Positions 1-9,244 of a DNA stretch of 64,000 bases are shown here, in pieces. A program made the position numbers and the translations under genes. Under the pieces are notes generated by a model, which had not been told where the DNA came from, made no database searches, and worked only from the letters and a program-made list of their open reading frames with translations. The stretch spans positions 2,543 through 66,542 of the forward strand of contig JACAFB010000041.1 in NCBI GenBank assembly GCA_013388545.1, written 5' to 3'. The DNA is from Ignavibacteriaceae bacterium. GTDB taxonomy: Bacteria; Bacteroidota; Ignavibacteria; Ignavibacteriales; Ignavibacteriaceae. Position 1 is the first letter of the stretch. Each line of letters starts with the position of its first letter.

Positions 1-57
1 AGAGACGAAGAAAATGATTTTGATGAAATGAAAAAAATTAGATTTGAATTTCTTTAA
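1..57 (+). CDS. 3' end of an unidentified CDS entering from the left edge (...RDEENDFDEMKKIRFEFL*)
   Basis: Frame 1 is open from the window edge to TAA at 55-57. It overlaps the convergent kinase stop codon. Too short to identify. Confidence 0.25.
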   Translation, partial: RDEENDFDEMKKIRFEFL

Positions 58-3000
58 AGAGATTTTTCAACTGCAATCTTGAAGCTGCTTAAATTAACAG
101 GTTTCTGGAAAATATATTCGATACCAAGTTTTGAATATTCTTCAATTGTATTGCGGTCAAGTTTTCTGCTTAAAATAATTATTGATGGCTTATTTCCTGA
201 TTCAGATTTTAATATTTGCGATGCCAGTTCATAACCGCTCATTTCGGGAAGCTGGTGTTCAATGATTATTAAAGCGGGAATGCTTTCTGCGACCCTTTCA
301 AGTGCCTCACTTCCATTTGAGACTACTTCAACATTGTAATTCGGTGTAATATTTTTAATTATTTTTGAATATAGAAGCCTATCGGTGTTGTTATTATCAA
401 CGAGTAAAATTTCAGCCGATGCAACCGGAAGTGTAAACCGGAAGTCGGAACCTTTTCCGTATTCGCTGATTACTCTGATTGTTCCTCCATGTTTATTTAT
501 TATCTCCTGAACAAGAGAAAGACCCAAGCCACTGCCTTTTTCACCGGCTGTTCCTTCAGTAGTAAATTTTGCACCTACATTAAATAATTTATCAAGGTTC
601 TCCGGTCTGATTCCTATGCCAGTATCCTTAACCGAAAATTCCAGGAATCTTGGATTTTCGGACCGGCCTGAGCTGATTGTTATCATACCTTTTTCATTTG
701 AAAATTTTATTGCATTCGAGATCAGGTTGTTTAATACTTGTGCGATCAGGTTTTTATCAACAAAAATATAATGGCTTTCATCTACAGAGGATGATAATTT
801 TATCCTCTTTTGCATTGCTGCACCAGCTAATGAATTTATGGTGCTTTCAACAATTTGTGATGCCTTGTAGCGCTGCGGTTCAAATCTTATTCTTCCGGTT
901 TGAAGTCTTGTCCAATCAAGCAATGAATTTACAAGTGAAAGCATCGACCGTGCGGATTCCTGAATGTATCTGACATACTGTTTCTTTTCTTCTTCAGTAA
1001 GATCTTCGTCGTTAAGGAGAAAATCTGTGAATCCCAGTAATGAGCTGAATGGGGTCCTCAGGTCATGAGAAACGATAGAAAGAAACTTATCTTTTGTTTC
1101 GTTCAGTTTTACCAGGTTATCAGTTGACTTTTTAAGTTCATCTTCAGCTCTTTTTCTCGATGTAATATCGCTAACAAGTCCGTACAATTTTTGTATCTGC
1201 CCGCTGCTGCTTCTAATAAGGTTGGTTTTGTTTCTTATCCAAACTACATTACCGTGTTTGTTAATAATCCTGAATTCAAACTCACCCGATGCCTGCAGTT
1301 TGCTCTTAATAAAGGTTCTAAGTTTTTTCTTCAATTCAGAAATATCATCCGGGTGAATGATTTTTATCATCAGTCTGGAATCACTTAAAAACTCTGCTTG
1401 CGAATAACCTGTTATCTTTTCAACTGCAGATGTGTAAAATACCGGTCTTAAAGTGTTTCCGATTCTCTCGAAAGTGTAAAGAAAGTCGTCAATATTTTCT
1501 GTAAGATTGCGGTACTTTTCTTCTGAGTCACGAATAACTTTTTGTGCTCTTTTTCTCTCAGTTACATCGCGAGCTACAAGTACAAGATAAACTTTATCTT
1601 CTTTCTCAAAAGATGCAACACTAAGCTCAGTATAAAATGCTGATTTGTCCTTACGTTTTCCTAAAAATTCAAATCTGCCGGGAGCATCTTTTTTCTTTTC
1701 TTTCAGCCTTAAATATTCTGCTACTTTAAGAATATCTTCGTTTGAGACAAGATCGAGCAGATCTTTATTTATGAGTTCATTTCCTGATGTGTATCCGAAA
1801 ATTTCTGCAAAAGAATTGTTTGCTGTTTGAATGTTTCCATCCCAAACAACAGCAACGCCATCAATTGCCGCTTCAAACACAGACTGGAAAAGTGCTAGGT
1901 TGTTTTCGGCTTCTTTCTTTTCAGTAATGTCGGTTAAAAAGCAATAATATCCTTTATGAAGTCTGGTTTCAGAATAGAAAGGAATAATTTCTGCGAGACA
2001 ATTAATTTTCTTTCCTCTTTTTGATAATAAAGTCAATTCGACTTGCTTTGGGGCGGGTGAGTCAAAGTTTTTTATTTCGAACGGATGCAATTCAAGAAAC
2101 CTTGGCTCAAGCAATGATTTGAAGTTTCTTTCAAAAATTTCTTCTTCGGAAAATTTTAATGCATTAATGAATTTGTTATTCGTATAAGTGATCAATCCCC
2201 TTGTATCAAGAACGCAAATCAGCTCTGAAGCTTTATTAACGAGAGTAAGATACTTTTCAAGTGAATTCCTCAATTTACTTTCGGTGTTGCTTCTGTCAGT
2301 TATATTCGAACACAGCACAAGAATAGTGTTTTCATCTGCCCTTGTGAATTGCGCTTCATAGATTTCTTTTTCTTTACCAACCCCGAAAACACTGAGGTTT
2401 ACTTTCCAGATTTTCTCTTTCTTTAAATTTTCAGTGATGTTATTAAAATAGTTCTGATCAAATAGCTTGAGTTTTGTTCCGAAGAATTTGCCGGTTATTT
2501 CTTCACTCTTTAAAGTGAAAAGTTTTTCGCATGTTTTATCCCAGTAAATAACAGCTCCTTCGTTATCAACTGCGAAGAGTGCGTTATTGATTGTCTCGTT
2601 TATTTTCTGGTAGTATGCAAATTCTTTAACTTCATCTTTGAATCTGTTTTGCTGTTTAATACTTTCACTCAGATCTTTAAATAACATTGATATGAGTTTT
2701 AGCTCAGCGGATTTCCCCGGCAGCGGTTCGAGCGTGCATTCGAGCGATTGCTCCAGATTGTTTACATTAAGATTGAAATTAACTTTTATCGGGTTGTTGG
2801 TAAGCTGAACAAGTTCAATACTCTTCTTTAAAAGTTCATTGGTTTGAACCGGGAAAAGATCATCAAGTTTCAATCCCGTGGCTTTATAATCTTTAGGCAG
2901 GAGTAGTTTGAGAAGCTTTCCATCGGCATATTTCACATCACCTGATTCTGATGCAATGATAAGTAAAGTTACTGTATCCCTGATAATACTACGGATATAC

Positions 3001-3422
3001 TGATACTTTGCACTCTCAAAATTCTTAGTTTCGCTGAGCACGCTTAAATCTTCAATCAGCAATATTCCGCCATTGAAAATTTTATCTGAAAAGAGCGGAG
3101 AGCCTTTTATGATAAGAGAAATTACACCTCGTAAAGGAGAAACGATATTCTTAATTTCCTTCTCGAATGAGAAGCCGTCTTTAAGCTGAGAAAGTTCATC
3201 TGTAATATCGATCCCCGGGAAAAGATTTTGTTCTAAAAGGTTAAGCCCAACTATTGAATCAGCAGTGAACTGATATAGAATCCCGAACTTCAAAAAATTA
3301 TCGTTGACAAAATCAATTTCCCAGTTGCTGTTGAAGCTAAGAAGTCCTATAGGGGCTTCATTTAGTATCTTAAGCAGCTCTTCGCTCTTTTTCCCTGCCG
3401 GGTTTTGAGAAATATTTTGCAT
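54..3422 (-). CDS. cytoplasmic multi-PAS hybrid sensor histidine kinase with an atypical C-terminal receiver domain
   Basis: 1122-aa ORF with repeated PAS-like blocks, H-box SHDLRTPFSS and ATPase G-box GSGLGLSLV. The C-terminal REC-like domain reads LLVDNNN...IIIEHQLPEMSG...IIILS...FQKP. No obvious TM segments. Confidence 0.9.
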   Translation of the reverse strand: MQNISQNPAGKKSEELLKILNEAPIGLLSFNSNWEIDFVNDNFLKFGILYQFTADSIVGLNLLEQNLFPGIDITDELSQLKDGFSFEKEIKNIVSPLRGVISLIIKGSPLFSDKIFNGGILLIEDLSVLSETKNFESAKYQYIRSIIRDTVTLLIIASESGDVKYADGKLLKLLLPKDYKATGLKLDDLFPVQTNELLKKSIELVQLTNNPIKVNFNLNVNNLEQSLECTLEPLPGKSAELKLISMLFKDLSESIKQQNRFKDEVKEFAYYQKINETINNALFAVDNEGAVIYWDKTCEKLFTLKSEEITGKFFGTKLKLFDQNYFNNITENLKKEKIWKVNLSVFGVGKEKEIYEAQFTRADENTILVLCSNITDRSNTESKLRNSLEKYLTLVNKASELICVLDTRGLITYTNNKFINALKFSEEEIFERNFKSLLEPRFLELHPFEIKNFDSPAPKQVELTLLSKRGKKINCLAEIIPFYSETRLHKGYYCFLTDITEKKEAENNLALFQSVFEAAIDGVAVVWDGNIQTANNSFAEIFGYTSGNELINKDLLDLVSNEDILKVAEYLRLKEKKKDAPGRFEFLGKRKDKSAFYTELSVASFEKEDKVYLVLVARDVTERKRAQKVIRDSEEKYRNLTENIDDFLYTFERIGNTLRPVFYTSAVEKITGYSQAEFLSDSRLMIKIIHPDDISELKKKLRTFIKSKLQASGEFEFRIINKHGNVVWIRNKTNLIRSSSGQIQKLYGLVSDITSRKRAEDELKKSTDNLVKLNETKDKFLSIVSHDLRTPFSSLLGFTDFLLNDEDLTEEEKKQYVRYIQESARSMLSLVNSLLDWTRLQTGRIRFEPQRYKASQIVESTINSLAGAAMQKRIKLSSSVDESHYIFVDKNLIAQVLNNLISNAIKFSNEKGMITISSGRSENPRFLEFSVKDTGIGIRPENLDKLFNVGAKFTTEGTAGEKGSGLGLSLVQEIINKHGGTIRVISEYGKGSDFRFTLPVASAEILLVDNNNTDRLLYSKIIKNITPNYNVEVVSNGSEALERVAESIPALIIIEHQLPEMSGYELASQILKSESGNKPSIIILSRKLDRNTIEEYSKLGIEYIFQKPVNLSSFKIAVEKSL

Positions 3423-3724
3423 CCTTCCAAAATAATAACTTTACGCAGGTTAGTTATCAGCAAATATGATGCTAAAGTTTTATAATTCAAAAGTTGTTTG
3501 ACAACCTGAATTAAATAAATAATTATTCTACTTACAACTGAAAAAGTAATTCTTTTATTCAGGTTAAATATAAGCAGTTATCTACTCACCTTTTTATTCA
3601 GCAAAAAAAGTTTATTCCTTTTTAATTTTTTTACTTGACTGTAATCAATTGGGTGCTGTTTCATAATGAATTATTAAATTCAAATGCATTATCAGAATGA
3701 GAAGCAGTTGTTTACCGGCAGAAC

Positions 3725-5515
3725 TCAGGGATTTACCTTCAACCGCGATTCAAGATTGTCAAGTTCATCGATTAAAGCTGAAGGCATCTTGTCGCCAAAA
3801 ATCTTATAATAATTTCTGATGTTTGTTACTTCATCAATCCATTTGTTTCTTTTAATAGTCAGAATTTCACGAAGACTTTCATTCGAAATTTCAAGTCCGG
3901 TTAAATCTAGAGAATCAGCTTTCGGAAGAATTCCGATCGCACTTTCAACAAAGTTATCCGGTTTATTATCAATTCTTTCAAATATCCATTTTATTGCACG
4001 AATGTTTTCTCCGAAGCCGGGCCAGATGAATCTTCCATTTTCATCTTTTCTAAACCAATTGACGTAGAAAATCTTTGGCAGTTTTTCAGCATCGGTCATC
4101 TTTCCAATATCGATCCAGTGCTGAAAATAGTCACCCATGTTATAACCGCAGAAAGGAAGCATCGCAAAGGGATCGTGCCTGACTTTACCAAAGTTACCAA
4201 CTGCGGCAGCAGTGATTTCAGATGAAATAATTGAACCGAGAAAAGTTCCGTGCTGCCAATTGAATGCCTGAAAAACCAGGGGAATAAAATCGGCTCTTCG
4301 TCCGCCGAATAAGATTGCAGAAATCGGAACTCCTTTTGGATCTTCCCAATTGGGATCAATTGTCGGGCATTGATTTGCCGGAATTGTGTATCTTGAGTTT
4401 GGATGTGCAGCCTTCTCGTTACTTTCAGGTGTCCAATCGTGTCCAAGCCAGTTTTTAAGTAATGGTGGTTTTTTATTTGTCATCCCTTCCCACCAAACAT
4501 CACCTTCAGGAGTAATAGCGACATTTGTAAATATTGAATTCTCATTCATTGTTTTCATAGCATTTGGATTAGTTGTTTCCGAAGTGCCCGGTGCAACTCC
4601 GAAAAAACCTGCTTCGGGATTAATTGCATATAATCTTCCGTCGCTTCCGAATTTCATCCAGGCAATGTCATCGCCAACAGTCTCAACTTTCCAGCCGGGT
4701 AAAGTTGGAGTAAGCATTGCGAGATTAGTTTTCCCGCAGGCACTGGGAAATGCTGCTGCAATATATTTTTTATCACCTTGGGGAGAAGTTATTCCAACGA
4801 TCAACATATGTTCTGCAAGCCAGCCCTCTTCTTTTGCCATAACAGATGCAATTCTAAGTGCGAAACACTTTTTGCCAAGCAAAGCATTTCCTCCGTAACC
4901 GCTTCCGTATGACCAGATTTGTTTTTCTTCAGGAAAGTGAACTATGTACTTCGTTTTATTGCATGGCCAGGGCACATCTTTTTGATTTTTCTCTAATGGC
5001 GCTCCAACTGAATGAAGACAGTGAACAAAATCACCCTCGCCTAAAGCTTCGAGAACTTTGTCTCCAATTCTGGTCATTATTTTCATGTTGCAAACAACAT
5101 AAGGTGAATCGGTAAGTTGTATGCCGATGTAAGAAATATTTGATCCAAGAGGTCCCATGCTGAAAGGAATTACATACATAGTTCTTCCTTTCATAGAACC
5201 ATTGAAAAGATTTTGAAGAATTGATTTCATTTTTACGGGTTCTTCCCAATTATTGGTTGGTCCGGCATCTTCTTTCGATAAAGAACAGATATAAGTTCTG
5301 TCTTCAACCCTGGCGACATCATCCGGATCAGATTGTGCGCAAAAACTATTTGGTCTTATTTTTTCATTAAGTTTTGTAAAAGTTCCATTTTGAACCAGCA
5401 AATCAGCGAGCAAATTGTACTCTTCTTCCGAGCCAGTACACCAGTGAACTTTATCTGGCTTGCACATTTGAGTAATTTCGTTTACCCAATTCTGCAATTT
5501 TTTGTTTTTCTTCAT
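3725..5515 (-). CDS. pckG: phosphoenolpyruvate carboxykinase (GTP)
   Basis: 596 aa with the GTP-PEPCK signatures [22 protein letters not shown] and [16 protein letters not shown]. Confidence 0.95.
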   Translation of the reverse strand: MKKNKKLQNWVNEITQMCKPDKVHWCTGSEEEYNLLADLLVQNGTFTKLNEKIRPNSFCAQSDPDDVARVEDRTYICSLSKEDAGPTNNWEEPVKMKSILQNLFNGSMKGRTMYVIPFSMGPLGSNISYIGIQLTDSPYVVCNMKIMTRIGDKVLEALGEGDFVHCLHSVGAPLEKNQKDVPWPCNKTKYIVHFPEEKQIWSYGSGYGGNALLGKKCFALRIASVMAKEEGWLAEHMLIVGITSPQGDKKYIAAAFPSACGKTNLAMLTPTLPGWKVETVGDDIAWMKFGSDGRLYAINPEAGFFGVAPGTSETTNPNAMKTMNENSIFTNVAITPEGDVWWEGMTNKKPPLLKNWLGHDWTPESNEKAAHPNSRYTIPANQCPTIDPNWEDPKGVPISAILFGGRRADFIPLVFQAFNWQHGTFLGSIISSEITAAAVGNFGKVRHDPFAMLPFCGYNMGDYFQHWIDIGKMTDAEKLPKIFYVNWFRKDENGRFIWPGFGENIRAIKWIFERIDNKPDNFVESAIGILPKADSLDLTGLEISNESLREILTIKRNKWIDEVTNIRNYYKIFGDKMPSALIDELDNLESRLKVNP

Positions 5516-5706
5516 TTTTAATCCTTAAATATTATTTCTAATCAAATAATTCCGAAGAATTACCATAGACAAATACTTTTTATTAAAGATAGGTAATTAT
5601 TTGGCAGATGACAATTATTGGCATTTATTTGATTCGATTTAATTTCTTACTCAAACATCAATTACTGATTATTTTATTAAATTTAATACATGAGAATGAG
5701 GTCACT

Positions 5707-6480
5707 TTGATTTTGAGAATTTTTCAAAAAATTGGAAAAAAGACTCTCGATTTATTTGAAGAGATAGGACAGGTATCGATACTCCTGATCGGAATATTAA
5801 AAAGCTTTGTCAGCATCCCTAAAAGTCGTAAGATTATTTTATACCAGATGGAACACATTGGTGTAAACTCGCTTCCGCTTGTTTTAATAATTGCAGTTTT
5901 TACAGGAGCGGTTGCAGCCTGGCAGGCAGCTTATCAACTGAAAGGAATTGCTCCTTTATCATTTCTTGGTGGAGCAACCAGCAGAGCAATAATCACCGAG
6001 CTTGGTCCTGTGTTAACAGGAATAGTTATTGCCGGACGAGTAGGCGCGTCAATTGCTGCAGAGCTTGGTACGATGAAAGTTACCGAACAAATTGATGCTT
6101 TGGAAACAATGGCAATAAATCCTGTTCGTTATCTTGCAATGCCGAGGTTCCTTGCTTCAGTTTTAATGATGCCATTACTTGTGGTTTTTGCAAATACAAT
6201 TGCAGTTGCTGGTGCGTTTATTGTTTCAAATTATTTTTTAGGGGTTTCATTCGCTGTTTTTTTTACTTCGGTGAAAAGATTTTTTGCCTTTAGCGATTTG
6301 ATTGCAGGACTGGTGAAAACAGTTTTCTTTGGTGGGGTAACTGCGCTTCTTGGTTGTCACATTGGATTCAGGACTGAAGGCGGCGCTGAAGGGGTTGGTC
6401 AATCTACAATTCGTTCCTTTGTACTTTCTGCTGCACTTATTTTAATTCTTGATTACGTTCTCTGGATGCTTATTTTCTGA
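5707..6480 (+). CDS. mlaE: MlaE-family ABC transporter permease (phospholipid/lipid asymmetry type)
   Basis: Multi-TM protein with MlaE-like blocks (GVNSLPLVLIIAVFTGAV, ELGPVLTGIVIAGRVGASIAAELGTMKVTEQIDALETM). The ORF track starts at ATG 5608 (290 aa). A TTG at 5707 preceded by GAGG (5698-5701) gives the usual ~257 aa. Start uncertain. Confidence 0.8.
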   Translation: MILRIFQKIGKKTLDLFEEIGQVSILLIGILKSFVSIPKSRKIILYQMEHIGVNSLPLVLIIAVFTGAVAAWQAAYQLKGIAPLSFLGGATSRAIITELGPVLTGIVIAGRVGASIAAELGTMKVTEQIDALETMAINPVRYLAMPRFLASVLMMPLLVVFANTIAVAGAFIVSNYFLGVSFAVFFTSVKRFFAFSDLIAGLVKTVFFGGVTALLGCHIGFRTEGGAEGVGQSTIRSFVLSAALILILDYVLWMLIF

Positions 6481-6504
6481 TAATAAAATCTCCCGATGAT
6501 CAGA

Positions 6505-8190
6505 CTATAAAGCTTTAATCTCCGCAACCAGTTTATTTTTATCCTCAATAGGCAGAAGTTGTTTAACTTTCTCTAAGTCATCAAATTTCTTAACAATCTC
6601 TGCCAGCAGATTAAGTTGAAGTTCATTTTTATCTTCGGGAGTTAAAAGCAGGAAAATAAATTGTGCAGGTATTCCATCTGCAGCACCAAAATCCACTCCG
6701 GATTGATGTTTACAAAAAGCGATAAATGGTTTTGAAATTTTTAGCTTGGCGTGTGGAATTGCAAGATGATTTGCTATCCCGGTTGCAAGCTGTTCTTCTC
6801 TTTCCATAACAGATTTAACTATTTCCTGTGAAGATAATTTTGTGCTCTTTGCTGCAATACTGGATAGTTCATTAATTACAGATTCTTTGTTTCCGTTATA
6901 TGAAATAATCGAGTTCTTTGAAAGCAGTAAATTATTCAGGTTAAAATCTTCTTTTCGTTTCAGAAGATAATTCATAATCGGTGCGCTTGATAATGAAGTA
7001 ATTAAAGCCATTATTACCAGCGCAACAAAGGTAACTTCCTGAATAAGATTGTTTTCTAGAGCAAGTAATCCGAGAATAATTTCCATTGCACCACGAGAAT
7101 TCATTCCGAAACCGACTATCAGCGATTCTTTTTTTGAAAGACCTCCCAATCTTGCCCCAAAACTTCCGCCAATAACTTTTCCGGCAAATGCAAGCAACAC
7201 TACCACAACCACAACAACAAAATCAAAATTTGTGATAAAATTTACTTTCAATCCAATCGATACAAAAAACAACGGAGCAAAAATGTTAGTGACAAACTGA
7301 TGAATTATTTCGCGGGTTTTCTCTTTTAGGTGAACCGAATCACCAATTGCAATTCCGATGATGAACGCACCGAAAATTGCATGAACACCAATATATTCAG
7401 TTAAAGCCGCACAGAAAAATCCCAGCACCAATATAAAGTTCAAAATAGCCCCAGGACTCGAAAATTTATTCTGAATAATTTCAACTGTCTTACTAATAAT
7501 TCGTCTAAAAAGTATTAAAGCTGCAAAGATGAAAACAAAAAGATAAATTATTGTGAACAAGAGAGAAAATTTTTGAACTCCTACCCCAATTAAACTCAAA
7601 AGAACAGAAAAAATTATCCAACCAATCAGGTCATTGAACATGGCAGCAGCAATAATAATCGAGCCGATGTGTGATTTAAATATTTTCAAATCAAGCAACG
7701 TTTTTGCAATAACCGGCAGAGCAGAAATAGAGAGTGCAGTGCCGATAAAAAGTGCAAAAAACCAGGTTGGGTGATTGTAATTATTACCAAAAAGCTGAGG
7801 GAAAAGAAATGCTACCGAAAAACCGATTATGAAAGGAAAAATGATTCCCATTATGCTCGTTAGACTTGCTGTTTTTCCCTGTTTGAGTAAAATGGACAAG
7901 TCAACTTCGAGTCCTGATACAAGCAGCAATAAAACCACTGAGAGAATTGAAATTCCATCTTGAATAATTCTGATTTCAGGAGACGGAGGGAAAATAATCT
8001 CGTGCCAGCCGGGAGCTATCATTCCCAAAAAAGTAGGACCTAAAATTATTCCTGCAAAAATTTCTCCTATCACTGCTGGCTGTTTCAGCTTTATAAAAAT
8101 TTCGCCAAACAACCTTGCTGTAAATAACATCAAAGCAAGACTAAGAAAAAGCAGCGTGATATTTTCAGCGTTTAATTTCATTCCGTTCAA
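6505..8190 (-). CDS. CPA2-type cation/proton antiporter fused to a C-terminal PTS EIIA(Ntr/Fru)-like domain
   Basis: About 400 aa of Na+/H+ exchanger-type TM domain (GEIFAGIILGP...), then an EIIA-2-like block ATGIANHLAIPHAKL...FIFLLLTP. TTG 8190 or ATG 8181 as start. Confidence 0.8.
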   Translation of the reverse strand: MNGMKLNAENITLLFLSLALMLFTARLFGEIFIKLKQPAVIGEIFAGIILGPTFLGMIAPGWHEIIFPPSPEIRIIQDGISILSVVLLLLVSGLEVDLSILLKQGKTASLTSIMGIIFPFIIGFSVAFLFPQLFGNNYNHPTWFFALFIGTALSISALPVIAKTLLDLKIFKSHIGSIIIAAAMFNDLIGWIIFSVLLSLIGVGVQKFSLLFTIIYLFVFIFAALILFRRIISKTVEIIQNKFSSPGAILNFILVLGFFCAALTEYIGVHAIFGAFIIGIAIGDSVHLKEKTREIIHQFVTNIFAPLFFVSIGLKVNFITNFDFVVVVVVVLLAFAGKVIGGSFGARLGGLSKKESLIVGFGMNSRGAMEIILGLLALENNLIQEVTFVALVIMALITSLSSAPIMNYLLKRKEDFNLNNLLLSKNSIISYNGNKESVINELSSIAAKSTKLSSQEIVKSVMEREEQLATGIANHLAIPHAKLKISKPFIAFCKHQSGVDFGAADGIPAQFIFLLLTPEDKNELQLNLLAEIVKKFDDLEKVKQLLPIEDKNKLVAEIKAL

Positions 8191-9026
8191 CGTACAATCA
8201 GAAGATTGGATGGCAGGTTTTCAAAAGAATATTGTTCTTCATGGGGAAAAAGCCTGTCAAAAAAAGTACTTTTCTTGACGGGTGCTGAAATAACGAACAA
8301 GTCAAATTCATTTTCTCTTACATACTTATTCGATTCCCAACCTTCTTTACCGTAAAGAATACAATAGTTTATTTTTAATTCTTTAAGATTTAATTCCCTG
8401 ATATATAATTTCATTTTTTGTTCTTCTTCTTCCTGCCATACAGATTTTTCTTTTTCAACTTCATCCATTGAGCCCGAATCGATTATTGCTGTAGCAAGAC
8501 CGGGAATATTATAATCACGAACAAGATTTAGTTGTTCAGCTTTTTCAAGCAGTGCGAATGAATATGCAGTACGAATGGCTTTTTCACTTTCAATGCTGTA
8601 ATCCGTTGAAACGCAAAAGCTATTGAATTTTTTTGGAGTAAGAGAAGGTGATTTAAGAATGAGTGTTGAGCAAGGTGCTTTTCTCATCAATTTTCTTGCA
8701 ACAGACCCAAGGTAATACTTCACCAGCGTCTCCTTCTCCAGTGCTCCGGATATCAGCAGATCTACTTTTTTCTTCTCGCATTCTCTGATGATTGAATTTG
8801 CAGTATCACCCGAAGTCCAGGCTATTTCATAGTCACTTTTCAAATAACCGGCATCGTCAATGATCTTGTAAAGTTGATTCTCTAAATCAGAATCTTTTTC
8901 GCCTACGTGAATAAAAAGCAGTTTAGAATTAAAAAGATTCTTAAGCCGGTAAGTTTCCTGGAGAAGAGCTTTACCTGTGGGCGAAAAAGTGATTGCTAAT
9001 GCAAGTTTATTAAATAAAGCATTCAT
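8187..9026 (-). CDS. tandem-domain universal stress protein (UspA family)
   Basis: 279 aa with two Usp-like halves and the ATP-binding-like motif GSVARKLMRKAPCSTLIL. Directly abuts the antiporter gene. Confidence 0.75.
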   Translation of the reverse strand: MNALFNKLALAITFSPTGKALLQETYRLKNLFNSKLLFIHVGEKDSDLENQLYKIIDDAGYLKSDYEIAWTSGDTANSIIRECEKKKVDLLISGALEKETLVKYYLGSVARKLMRKAPCSTLILKSPSLTPKKFNSFCVSTDYSIESEKAIRTAYSFALLEKAEQLNLVRDYNIPGLATAIIDSGSMDEVEKEKSVWQEEEEQKMKLYIRELNLKELKINYCILYGKEGWESNKYVRENEFDLFVISAPVKKSTFFDRLFPHEEQYSFENLPSNLLIVR

Positions 9027-9244
9027 AACTAATAGCTGTAATTTTTATGATGACTTTCTCAAGAAAAATACTCTTAACTGTTGATATTTCAAATCGCTCT
9101 GCAGAATCAAAATAGACTGTTCAGTCACAGTAAAGGCTGTTCAGGAACTGCAAGTTAGCGTAAAGATTTTAGTTTTATTTCTCATTAAAAAATATTAAAT
9201 ATCAGGTAAAAGAAATCTCAACTAACGTAACCAGGAACCCCTAT

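Noticed and set aside
677-1830. Short plus-strand ORFs (677-973, 1191-1388, 1645-1830) inside the histidine kinase gene. Similar antisense or out-of-frame ORFs occur inside other large genes (e.g. 4386-4898, 24415-24702, 28280-28684, 44075-44557, 53760-54029).
   Set aside because: All are fully embedded in long ORFs with clear family signatures on the other strand or frame. Their products are low-complexity and show no recognisable motifs. They are typical shadow ORFs of an AT-rich genome.
3503-3565. A 9-bp inverted repeat AACCTGAAT / ATTCAGGTT, 45 nt apart, in the 300-nt gap between pckG and the kinase gene.
   Set aside because: It has short arms, a long spacer and an AT-rich context, and is plausibly chance. 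No associated T-tract or promoter logic could be established.
7190-7225. An ACC/ACA-rich tract (accacaaccacaacaacaa) that looks like a microsatellite.
   Set aside because: It is simply the complement of a Val run (VVVVVV) in a TM helix of the antiporter. It is not a true tandem repeat of fixed unit.
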